Source: Haplodiscus bocki (Eukaryota). Taken from it: DNA of 64,000 nucleotides. Numbering within the stretch: position 1 is the stretch's first letter; each line of letters opens with the position of its first letter. The notes below the pieces were generated by a model that was not told the origin of the DNA, did not search any database, and worked only from the letters and a program-made list of their open reading frames with translations. The stretch lies in NCBI GenBank assembly GCA_965655095.1, contig OZ296659.1, positions 66,154,001 through 66,218,000 of the forward strand, in the 5' to 3' direction. Of the stretch, positions 51,245 to 62,130 are shown one piece after another. Both the position numbers and the translations under genes were made by a program.

Positions 51245-51485
51245 GAAAGAACCAATCAAAAATGAGCACAAATGACCCTAATAAACTTCGTCAGGCAATC
51301 AGAATCGAGTATTACGTTACCCGAGTCCTCAGCCAATCAGAAATGAGCATTACGTCACCCGAGAGTTCCCAGCCAGGGTGGATGTCAACTCTCAGCTCTC
51401 AGCCCGAGTTGGCTCCCTATAGCCTATCTTAAAACATGGGGACCTTTGCCTCCACCCCGTCAGCTCTCCCCCCGCTTCTACTACT
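51245..51485 (-). repeat. TIR of inner Polinton
   Basis: CCAAT boxes, aacatgggg motif shared with the right TIR, ends CTACTACT. Confidence 0.85.
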
Positions 51486-51540
51486 ATGAGGTTATCCGTG
51501 GTAAAGTTTTTCAAAAAGAGATGATCAAAATCATTTAACA

Positions 51541-52300
51541 ATGGAGTCTATCACAAACGAGTTGGTATCTAACCCATCTGCACAACTATTCCCAGACAGT
51601 ACGTTCAGCTCTAACAAATACTTTTTTCGGAAGTACTGAATCTGGAGGGTCGATGAGAAGTTATAACCCACTAAACATCTCAACTGTTAACGTACTAAAA
51701 AATCAAAGAGTGAGCGTTCATAATTTTTCTTCAGAGAAAGTCAAAGCGGTCAGGACTTTTTTCACAGGGAACTTGCTCTTTACCTTTCTTTTACACGAAG
51801 TGTTAAGGTCATGAACACTCTCATCCAAGAAGGACAAAATGACTTGAAAACTATATCACCTTCAGAAATTTTAGAAGATCGGAAAAAAAAGCGAAGTTAA
51901 GTGGCGAAAGAAGGGCCTGATCTTGCATTTTTAGTACGGATTTGGAGAAGGTATTCGGAAATAATGTTGACAATGAAGTTCGAGAGAAAAAAGGGACCTC
52001 ACAAACAAAATTTTGCTCACGACAATGTCTGCATACATACTCTCATGATATTAACGAACCCGATTGAGGACAATATTGTTGGCATCATGATGGCCCGAAT
52101 ACTGCGTTGCTTTCCTTTCATTTCAAAGCTCAAAGCTGGAAAGTGTAAAGCTGCTAGACGGTACATCAACGACCTTTAGTAACCTACAATAAAGACCGCT
52201 GCCCAAAAACTCTTTTCAAAGTTTTCACATTGACTTGAGACACACGAGCGTTGAAGAAACAGCTTTCGTAGTTGCAGAAAAATTCCAATATTTGCTGCTA
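51541..52300 (+). pseudogene. Minor capsid (penton) protein, preceded by the last ~50 bp of integrase
   Basis: MESITNELVSNPSAQLFPDSTFSS..LNLEG; upstream EVIRGK tail. Confidence 0.8.
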
Positions 52301-52319
52301 CGCTAAAAGATGTTACGAA

Positions 52320-52730
52320 ATGGTTGCTTCAAGACAAGTAGTGATTCAAATAATAAAAACTGTTCGTTGACAACCTGCAGTGGGATTCGCTACACTTGCA
52401 AAAGTTAATCGAAGGACCGAAGTTCCAAGTTTTCCTAAAAATGGCGTCCCAGCTGCAACATGAGTGGGTGCTGATTTATTGAAACCGCTCTGCCAGAAAC
52501 TGCAGATGTTGTTAGTGGCAGAAGGAATATCAAGGCAACTGCAAAGAGTGTGGGAAGACATTTTGATAAGAACAGTTGGGTATAGCTGGCAGGAAACGGC
52601 AGTGAGCCAGAGGCAGAAGGGAACCGTAAGCGTAAGGGAAGTAAAAAACCAGGCAAGCAGAATCCTTTCAACAAGATCTGCAGAACAAATCAGTCGGTCG
52701 TGAAAAAACAGTTTCTACAAACACTTCTCA
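52320..52730 (+). pseudogene. Gly-motif amphipathic virion protein remnant
   Basis: MVASRQVVI..GFATLAKVNRRTEVP..GADLLKP. Confidence 0.55.
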
Positions 52731-52736
52731 TTGACC

Positions 52737-54070
52737 ATGTCAAAAAACCTTCGGTACCAACCTCTTGTAGCATATTTCGGAAATCAAACAGGGAAAGTCG
52801 CTGTAGTTATTGATTTCTTGTCGTCCCACGGACAAGAAATTTATCCTATTACCTCACTCCATGATATCTGAATAGAGTTTGAATTTCAAACGGATCGGAC
52901 TTACTACATAGATCTGAGACAGGCGTACTAGTCTTTGAAACTGAAATTTGTCAAAGGTTGTGGTTACGAAAATTACAGTACCAAAGGAAAAAAAGAGCAC
53001 AAAGAAGAAGCAAAAGCGCATGAGGAAACGATGGAGAACGCGGAGGAAGCGCAAGAGCCTCCAGTTCCTCTCGTTACTCATGTGAACAACATTTGGCATT
53101 TTTTTCCAATGCTGATGTGTGCATTCACAATCAGCATTTTAACAACTCAGATGGACTCCATGCGCACACATTTAACATTTCGAGCAACTTCAAGCGTTGC
53201 ATCTCTGAAAACAAGGGTATTTTGCACTGAGAGAGCACAAACACTGAGGATTTTCTTGATGGCAATAAGAAAGGGCCTTCGTCAGAACTTTTTGTCTAAG
53301 GAGAATGAAGATGCTTAGCAAACCCGATGGCTTCATGTTGTATGGTCAATTAGGGGTTTTTTTACTCCATTTCTGAAATTCTTCATCCAAAGACGACAAT
53401 TATGCAAAGACTAATCAGAGCCAGATCTAATTTCTACAAGTTTAGCAACAACCCCAGCGTTAGTCTCGGAACTGTTTATTGTTCACTTTACACTCGTCGT
53501 ATTGCTCTCAAGAAAAAATATCGCAATGATCGAATGAACACCCCTGTGGAATTCGAAGAAAAGGAAATTCTTTCAAAGAATATCGTCATTCCTGCCAGAG
53601 AAAACTAGTTCACTCAAGATGGTATTTTCAACGATGCTCCGTTTCGGCGGATTGCTGTTGCAACGAATACAAGCACTGTATTCAGTGGATCATACACTGC
53701 AAACCCTTCCTGGTATCAACAATTTGATATCAAACAGATTGGAATACTCAAAGGAGATCGGTCAATCGCTCAACTTGCTGCTGCTGATAATTGTTGCTTT
53801 TTTGTTAAGACAATGAAAGCAATGAACTTCCAAGATGATATCTTCTCATTTCCAATTGATCAGTTCAGAGACGACTATGTACCAATGTTTGACTTGACTT
53901 CGATGCAAGATGCTACTGAAAAACGTGATTACCCAGAACTAGTTGGAAAGTCACCGAGTCTAGAGCTAAACTTTACTTTTCCTCTAGAAAACGTTACTGA
54001 TCTCCTTGTATTGGGAGCGAACGTCATCAGTTGCAGTTGACCAAATTGGTAAGGTTGAAAAAAATCTAAA
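52737..54070 (+). pseudogene. Polinton major capsid protein
   Basis: EFEFQTDRTYYIDLRQ; THVNNI; MFDLTSMQD..LELNFTFPLENVT. Confidence 0.85.
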
Positions 54071-55166
54071 ATGGATAATGTTTCTGTCTAGCAAATAGTC
54101 AACCGTTTTCCACAGCTCAAGTATCAGTACCGTTGTTCTTTTCCCTCTGACGATGTTCCAACTCCTGACAATTACACGTTTTCCATTATGAATACCGAAG
54201 CCGGCATTATGCAAATCTACACCTGTAAAGGATTGTATGCGCACAAAACTTACATTTCCAACAAATTCAAGGGGATCATCTCTGAGTACAAGGGAGTTTC
54301 ACACCGCGAAGGGTACGACTATGAAGAAGTTCCTGATGAAAATATGGCAGCGGCTTTGTCTGAATTTTTTTGCACAAGGCGAATGGAAACGCTAGAGAGA
54401 CCCGATGGCTTCATGTTGCCTGGTAAACTGTATGTTGCCTTTGTCCTCTTCTGGACTTCAAGAGCCAAAATTTAAAAAAAAGCTACAATTAAAAAGAGCC
54501 AGAACCATTTTTTGTCATGATTAGCGACAAACTCAACGATAGTCTAAGAAATGTTGATTTTTCCCTTTACACTCGTCGTATTGCTCTCAAGAAAGATTAT
54601 CGCAAGAAAAATAGTCATGCTTGCAAATACGTTCGTAGAGTTCATATTTTTGAAGACTCTAGCAGAAACTTTAATTTTCGCCTCCAGACAAAACCAATTC
54701 ATTCGAAAAAAAAAACAAATTTTTACAAGGCTCCAGCTACTCGGACTGCTATAGCAAGGATTGCAACTCTGCATTCACTGGATTGTCCATTGAAAGTTCA
54801 ATCTGGTATAAAAAAGCTGATCGAAGGCAAATAAAAGAACACAAAGATTGTCAACTACTCGAAAAAAATTGTGCTGCTAATAATTATTGCCTATACGTAA
54901 CGAAAATGAAAGCAACGAACTTTCAAGATGATATCCCTTCGATTTTAGTTGACAATATCAAAAACCACTACTATCTAATGTATGATTTGACTTGAAAACA
55001 AATTGCTATTGAAAATTTTCATTACCCAGAACTGTTTAAAGAGTCACTGAGGCTGGAGCTAAACTTTAATTTTCCTCAAGAACACGTTACTGAAATCATT
55101 TTTTTCGGAAAACGAGCGTCTTTGATCGCAGTTGACAAGCTTGGTGTTGTTGGGAAGAGTTTCTAA
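54071..55166 (+). pseudogene. Protease 5' fragment fused to duplicated major capsid 3' part
   Basis: FPSDDVP..IMNT joins QIYTCKGLYAHKTYISN at ~54211. Confidence 0.8.
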
Positions 55167-55167
55167 A

Positions 55168-55547
55168 CTGAATAATTTTTCTCTCCAACGAAAAATCAAC
55201 CATGGGCCGCTACTCAAATACCTGTACTTTGGCTCTTTCCCTCTGACTACGTACCAATTCTTCCCAGTGAGACCTTTGCCATTTTAACTATGCAGCCCTG
55301 TAAAATGTCTTGATAACATTGGATGATATTTGCAAAATCTCGTAAAACAATATGTTTTGCAGACTCTTTCGGAAGTGAAATGTACTATTTCCTCTTGCCG
55401 TACTACAAGCAGATCATGCCAGAATCACGACAGTCCAGTCCCAGCGTTTGCGGGTTCTGCACGATTAATGCAGTTTTTCACCTATTCAAGTTCCGCCAGG
55501 AAGGAAAAACCAGAGTTCAGGATGTTAATGTAATTTTTCATTACTAA
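55168..55547 (+). pseudogene. Adenain-like cysteine protease
   Basis: HWMIFA..FADSFG..QSSPSVCGFC (H-D-Q-C order). Confidence 0.85.
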
Positions 55548-56329
55548 CTCTAACAAAGAATCTGTTCTCTTCAATGTAAAGGTGCAGCCTTTACAATGTA
55601 CTATCAACTGTACTCTCTAATGAACTTGTCTTAACTTCAAATCAATCTATTTGAATATCATTAAGCCAAAACAGGACGAGCAGAAGCAAAAAAGGCTGGC
55701 AGTTTTTTCCAAGGCCGGTAATTTCTTTCCTTAGTCGTTTTTTTCGTTATGCTCTTTCCATATATGCTATATTGTAATGGGTAGATTCTGCAACATATTT
55801 TAACAAAAACTTCTTCTGCCTTCTTACTGTCAAGTTGCTACCACCTGTACGTTTGTTTTAGACTGTTCTACTCAATTATTCATCCACGGGCGTCACTGGG
55901 GTATAACCTATCCTAAAACTTTACCAGACTTTTCTATATCTTATTATTTTGCCGAACAATACACTACCTTAACAAATTGCTGGAATATAACCCATTTTAT
56001 TAAATTGTCGGACTACCTTTTCGGACAGCACCAGGTCAAAACAGTATCCTCGGGCGTAATAGTTAACCCCAAAGGTGAGGAAATTTCCGCAGGCTTCAAA
56101 ACTAGTCCACTCGTTGCTCGCTTGCTGCCCAAACCAATTCGTTGCAAAAACTTCAAACAACTTCTCGAAATGGTCTCACAATGCCGAAAATGAGTCACTA
56201 AGCTCACTTCCTATCTTCACACCTCACAAAGCCTGCAAACTACACTAATTTATTGCTGATTACCAATCCCTATCTTAATCTGCTCCCTAACAGTCTCGAG
56301 TTTAGCCCAAAACTCAAAAGTTGTCATCA

Positions 56330-56535
56330 GTCAATCATAATCGACCACAAAAAACACTTAGGCTTCATCAGCCAATCAGAATCCATTGTTACGTCTTCCA
56401 AAAACACCTGAGGGCTCCCGGCTACGATGGAAGACACTTCTCAGCACTCGGCTCCACTAGGTTGGCCAAAGGCTATTTTAACACATGGGGTCTTCAAACG
56501 TCCTCCCCTCCTGATCAGCTCCGACATCTATTACT
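56330..56535 (-). repeat. Right TIR of outer Polinton
   Basis: cctgatcagctccgacatctattact terminus; CCAAT box. Confidence 0.85.
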
Positions 56536-56542
56536 TGTGCAC
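56536..56542. other. Right target-site duplication TGTGCAC
   Basis: Matches 31171-31177 (6/7). Confidence 0.65.
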
Positions 56543-56796
56543 TGATTCTTCGGCGGTTGGGATTTTCCTGCTAGTGGCCTCACTGGCGGCTATGCGGGTC
56601 TTCGAAGTGAAGTGAATTGTATTTCGAGTCATAAAACAAAATTTCGGTAAAGCACTGCCGTCCCTACGAGGCTCCCGCATCTATTGGACTCAGTGCCTTC
56701 TTGTGCGTTTTTAGTCTTTTTTCTACTCTTTCTGACATTCTAACACAAAGGAGAGATTTAGATAAGACATAATGAGCCCTTCCGTAATTTTGCTCT

Positions 56797-56824
56797 GAGT
56801 CACGTGACTCGATCATTTAAAAAA
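56797..56824 (-). promoter_or_regulatory. Putative -1 frameshift site TTTTTTAAAT plus downstream 14-bp palindrome
   Basis: Slippery run, TGA, then GAGTCACGTGACTC at the end of gag. Confidence 0.45.
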
Positions 56825-58257
56825 TTGATTTTTCTCACTCTCCTACGAGTTGGGGAAGTCGAGTTTTTCAGTGAAGTCAATCAGATGGGCCGCTTGTGTG
56901 ATGATTTGAATTCCTTTCGGACTTTCTTGTTTTCATCGGTATCTTGTTTCTTAAATGGTACGTTTTAAATCGCAGATGCGCCTTTCGCTCTTAGCCTGCA
57001 GTCCCTCGCTAAGTAACTAGTATAAGCAAGCGAAAAGCGGACCACTCTACAGCTATACCTCGGTCGTTTTTCGTGGGTCTCCTTGACGGTTCTTCTGCAG
57101 TTGTTTGTTGGCCTCAACTTCTAGCCACAGCAGTCTTGCTCCTTACGTCTTTTTTTCCCACAGTAGTGGCAATCTTCACTGAATTTGAAGCGATCGTTGG
57201 CTGGAGTGGTTGTGTTAGTACCTTGTGCTGGCCTGTTACTGTGTGACAAAATTCCAATGAATGGTGTTCCTGGCAATTGTTGGGGAATGAACTGTTCGTA
57301 CCAAAACCGTCTCCGGATGAACACTTTCTTTTCTTCAGCTGATACATCAGCTTTCCTTGTGGTTGTAATTTCTCGAACAAAAAAGTTTTGACAATCTCGG
57401 AAGCTCAGTCCCCAAAAGTTTCTTCGGCCGTCTTTTCAGGGTCTTGAGGATCTCTGTGATAGTTTCTTTACTGGGGTCGTTTGTTAGACTTCTTTGAAGT
57501 CTTCGCGGCCAACTTCTTGTCGAAATTGGATGAAGACATCTCTAAAAATGGTTGCTGAATTGATTCTTAGAGGTTGCCCGAAGTCAGTGGTTTCATCTAT
57601 CAAGAAGCTTTGGAAAAATTGCAAATCGTTTTTTTCGGTAATTCTATGTTGGTGAGAGCATTGGTGATTGACCAAAAGGTGCCCAAATTCTTTGAAGTTA
57701 ACTCTCGAACCTCCAAAGTTGGGTACTTACGTATGTAGCATTTTTGACTCTGTAACAACACGTTGTTGTATAACTGGTAGGCTGTTGATTTCGCTTACCA
57801 CTTGGTTCATCTGTGATGAGGGAGTTTCTGCGGGTCTCTCGTCCTCATCATCCAGACTGAATCCTCTGTTTTGTTAGGGTAAGTCTGGAGAGGCAAGTCT
57901 GTCGGGAGGTGCGAGTGTGCTGCGGGGGGCGAACGTTGGGTTCGTGGGTCCCGTCACCATGTCAGACCGGCCGCCGCTACCTTATTATTAGCTGGCAGTT
58001 CTGGAGGAGACGGTTTCCTCGTAACGTCTGTTCGTTTGCTCGTTCTCAAGTTGCTGCATTAGTTCACAGAGCTCAGCCAGTTGTTGTGGATCAGTGACTG
58101 CTCTAATATGTCAAGCAACTCCATCTGACGTGACGGATACGCTCGGTGGTGTCTCTATCTTGTGACCATACATCGTTCTTGGAGTATTTTCTGTCAATGT
58201 TTCAGTCTCGGTGGTACATTCTGTACCGTCAGGTTCAACGCCTTTGGTCCTTTTCAT
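56815..58257 (-). pseudogene. gag: Gypsy-2 Gag
   Basis: FFQSFLIDE..FRQEVGREDFKEV; CHYCGKKRRKEQDC knuckle; second eroded knuckle LARDCR. Confidence 0.8.
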
Positions 58258-58294
58258 GGGTCGCAAAGCGGGTTTAGGTTGGTATCTTGGGCGT

Positions 58295-58554
58295 TAGTTT
58301 TAGTGGGGTTATTGAAAAATTTATCAGTAGTTGGCAAAACATTTACAAAAGTGAAATAAATGAAAAAATGGGGTAAATATCAAGATGATGTGATGTTTCT
58401 GTGATCGGACGATCTGTTTTCCGCTGTCCATATAAGGGTTGTTTTGTCGAGTTATGCTTTTGCGTGTCCAATCACTCGCACTAATTGGTCACGTGTCATT
58501 TGAGTCGGTCACGTGATCCTGATTCTGGCGGGTGGTTGGCTGCTGGTAGTCACA
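58295..58554 (-). repeat. Candidate 5' LTR of Gypsy-2
   Basis: Starts TGTGAC; CACGTG boxes, ATTGG, TATA-like, AATAAA; partner LTR not found. Confidence 0.5.
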
Positions 58555-59429
58555 CCTATTTATACTCAACAGTTGAAGACGTTAACCGCACCTGATTTGC
58601 ACATATGGTTCATGCTGTTCATACTGCATTCTGATTGGCTGACGCCCATCACGAAAATTAAACCTTTTTGGTAGCATGGTTATACAAACAGTCAAAACAA
58701 GTTTGGCTGATATCAATTCGAATAATCTAAACAGCTATTATTACGAAAAGTGTTTTGTGTTAGAACACAATTGTTTCACGGACACTCATGAACGAGTTTA
58801 GGGCGTATCGCTGGACCCAAATTTCGTGCTGCGTTATGGTGTAACTCGCTGTTGCTGTTTCACGCGCGGTTCTGATATCACGAAATTTACACCGCGATAT
58901 AAATACAATAAATTTCCACTCATTGCACTATCAGGAGGAGGTTGACTTTGGCTCAGCTCAACAAAGTCGACAAATCGCCATTTCTGGAAACCTTCCGTTA
59001 AAATCACTCCGGGCACTTCACGAACGTTTTCGTGGCACAGATTACATTATATAGGACATATTTCGCATTCATAACAAATGGGAAGAATTATATGACATAA
59101 AAGCTGTCGCATCTGTGGGTGATTACAGAAACGCATAAATTGCTCTTGTATTAAGTTATAATATATAGTTTAAAGCTTCGTAATATATGACATAGGCTAA
59201 ATGCATATTTGTGACGAAAAATCAGAATAAGATCCCAAAAACGGGAATTTATCTGAAACTTTAGATGCTAATCTCAAAAAAAAATCAATTTTTAATATTG
59301 TTCTGGTTTTTCCCTCTCTCTCCTCTCCCTTAATCAAGTTTCAAAAATTGAGCGGCTTCTACTTGGTTCAATTACCCTAAAAAATATTTTGCTGTCCTAG
59401 TTTCAGTAAACTGTCTCCACTTGCCGTAA

Positions 59430-59760
59430 TTGGTTCGGATGGATAAAAATCAAGATAGCATCATAAGTTTACTATTTTCTTGCAATGGCTCTTTCTTCAA
59501 GGGTGCTCAGGTCGTCGCATCCAAGAGTTTTTCTGTAGGACTTTAAATTTTTTGCAGGTTTCTGCCAGTCTCTTGGGCGTGTTATCAGGGTATCTTTGAA
59601 ACGTAGGATATCTTTGACAGGAGCGTTTCTTCTGAGAACGTGTCCCAAGTGGCGTGAGCGTCCTTTCTTGACCCAGTTCGAAAGGGGGCTTGAATTTGAG
59701 GAAGAGTAGCGTGATGGTTGCTCTGGCATTCTAAATGACCAGAAATCTAACAAAGACCTA
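59430..59760 (-). mobile_element. Non-LTR retrotransposon (RTE-like) 3' fragment
   Basis: RSRHLGHVLRR...RPRD matches the RRLRWxGHVxR...RPRGRP C-terminal pattern. Confidence 0.6.
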
Positions 59761-59934
59761 TTCCAAGGTGTTCAACAACGGATCCTGGAATATACGCGGA
59801 GTAATGACAAAACTCAATGAAATCTTGGTTCGAGCTTATGTTGTCACAAAATGAAAAAATCGAAATGATTTTTGTGAACATTTTGTCGTCATGCGTAGCA
59901 TTAGAAGATGTAAGTCAGACGAAAAGAACTAAAG

Positions 59935-61030
59935 GTTAGAATACGATCTTAAAATTAAGATCTAATGGAATAACATCTAAAATTTCCACATGCTCAGTTG
60001 CACAGGGGTGGAATAAGATTTAAATTGGAATGAGCTCTGATGGGATGAGATCTAAAATGGAATAAGATCTAGAGTTAAAAAACTAATCCTAAAAAAATCA
60101 ATTTGTGTGACTTTTTTGTGAGTTTTCTTGGTAGCAATGCCAAATTTTCAGAGAAGAAAGGGCAAACGTAAAGGTTTACTCAATTTTTTCCATGGAGGCT
60201 CATTTTTATAAAAAAAAGCGCTGATTTCTTCACAAGACTAAGACTAAGATGCCATGGATGGCGAGATGGCTGTAAAGGCACAGTTTTCATCCAAGGCAAT
60301 CACTTTAATTTAAATTTTAAATACCAATATAAACCAGAAAGTCATAAATCACGAAAAGTTGAGAGTGAAATTAAAAATACTGAAGGTACAATTTGCACTC
60401 CTCTCATCGAATAAATACCGCGGGATTACTTACTCGCGTCGGTGGGGCCAGCGAGAGGTCTTTCAGAGAGATAGAATTGTTGAAGGAGTTTGAAGAGGAA
60501 GAGAATAATGCTCCCGATGATGTTGTTGATGATGATAATTACTTGAGTAGTGATCTATTTTTTGAGGAAGTTGATGGAAAAGATTACGATTTGTGCTCAG
60601 GCTGTGATGGAAACCTATTCTCCACCTTGTCCAACCGTGCGGGCATATGATTTGTGCCAACTGTGTCAAGAAAAGTAACTGTCAATTATGTGGATGCCAA
60701 CTATCCAATTACATAACGATTGTTTGACAATTTTGAGTGATATTTTCATCTTTTTCAGTGCTTTACTCTTAATGGTGCCCCAGCTGGTTTTTTTTTCAAC
60801 TTGTTTCACTTTGTCAATTTTTGTAATATCTTGACACTGTGGTATTCAATGCATTTAAATGAATTAATTGATCTTAAATTTCAAAAAGTAGTTGATTTTG
60901 TTTTTCCTGAAAAGTAAGATGTCCTATTGTGGAACATTTCATACATTAGATCTTTTTCCTTTACCTCTTACTCCCGTAGATCTTATTCCATTTTTTCCAA
61001 TTTGCCGATTAGATCTTATTCCTGTATCCC
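59935..61030 (+). mobile_element. Deleted MULE-like element A (FLYWCH-like start, RING end, inverted GGAATAAGATCTA arrays)
   Basis: RLRCHGWRDGCKG; repeats at 59940-60075 and inverted at 60945-61025. Confidence 0.55.
60590..60728 (+). pseudogene. C3HC4 RING finger (one frameshift)
   Basis: CSGC..//..QPCGHMICANCVKKSNCQLC. Confidence 0.8.
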
Positions 61031-61099
61031 TTTTTCAGGGCGCCATAGATTATTTGAAAAAGTGGAGGTCGTCGTAACGGTTCCAGCTTTTTGGTTGTG

Positions 61100-62130
61100 A
61101 AGGTTATATGTATTCAAAAAACAATACAAAGGTAAAGTTAACTTGCGGTGTGTTCTATGCAAAAAAAAAGACTTCCGGTACTGTCTATATTGAATTCGGG
61201 AAGTTTTTCGGTCCAATCGATGGTAATATTTTTTACAGAACATTCGCTTTTGCCAACGATGATATCGCGCTAATGTTTCTGGTTGAGATCGATTTTTCAT
61301 TTTTGGATAGAGTCCAGTATTCACGTTGATGCAACTTTTAGAAGGTAAGACACGTCTTTTATATGATGCTGTATTTCTATGCTATCGGTTCATGGTAAAT
61401 TCAGCAGGACTATGTCCGAAGTCGAGGGTTTCCATAGCTCTTTCGGCAAACGAATTGGCCGGAAACGTCCTAATTTCTTTTTCTAAAGCTGAAAAGTGTT
61501 GGTAAGGCTTATCAATTCGAGGTCAATATTGAAAATGATGTGCCTTTTATGACTGCCGATGATCCCCTCGAATGCGTTGACAATGAATGCGATGAGGATG
61601 AGACAGGCTGTAAAAAATATTGCGCGTGTGAATTGGCAAACAATAATATTAGCTCCAAACCATGTGTGCATTTGATATGCACATTCTGCAGCGAAGAAGA
61701 CGAATGTCTGAAATGCCACATGAAGATTGCTCAAAATTTGCCATACTTTTTGAACCCCGAGTTTTTATAATTCTGGTTTGCTATCAATTGATTGTTCTGG
61801 TAATTTTTGTTTTGATTCAGATTTTAGATTTTGTTCTCGTAATCTACACGTATTTTGGTCGTTTCAGACGTTTTTTCTCGATTTTAGATCTTATTCTTGT
61901 AATCTGGACATGTTTGGGTCGATTCCGACATTTCAGACGTTTTTTTCTTGGTTTTAGATACTGTTCCCGTGCTTGAAGACTTTAGATACTATTACTTTAG
62001 ATATTATTTCCGATGGACTTTTAGATCTTCTTGGATATTATTCCTTTGATACTGTTCCTGGTTCCCGATTAGACGAGAGACGAGGGAGCGTCAAATAAGA
62101 TTTAACTTCTACTGTCTAAAGCTTCAGATC
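61100..62130 (+). mobile_element. MULE-like element B remnant with C-terminal RING-like finger
   Basis: FYRTF..IALMF..HVDATFR (~61322); KPCVHLICTFCSEEDECLKC; tagatcttattc array 61820-62130. Confidence 0.6.

Larger units (their letters stand above)
40890..51485 (-). mobile_element. Inner Polinton, inverted relative to the outer element, one end lost
   Basis: Mirror gene order; own TIR ending CTACTACT at 51485. Confidence 0.8.
31178..56535. mobile_element. Polinton/Maverick 2 composite (outer element plus inverted inner element), 25.4 kb
   Basis: 5'-AG...CT-3' termini, TIRs, TSD; pPolB, ATPase, minor and major capsid and adenain remnants. Confidence 0.9.
56536..58554 (-). mobile_element. Gypsy-2, 5' part (LTR, gag, start of pol)
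   Basis: Minus-strand gag supplies the 5' half missing from the 21-31 kb pol. Confidence 0.8.

Noticed and set aside
58640-59040. MITE suggested by repeated cacgaaatt motifs
   Set aside because: No definable TIR pair or TSD
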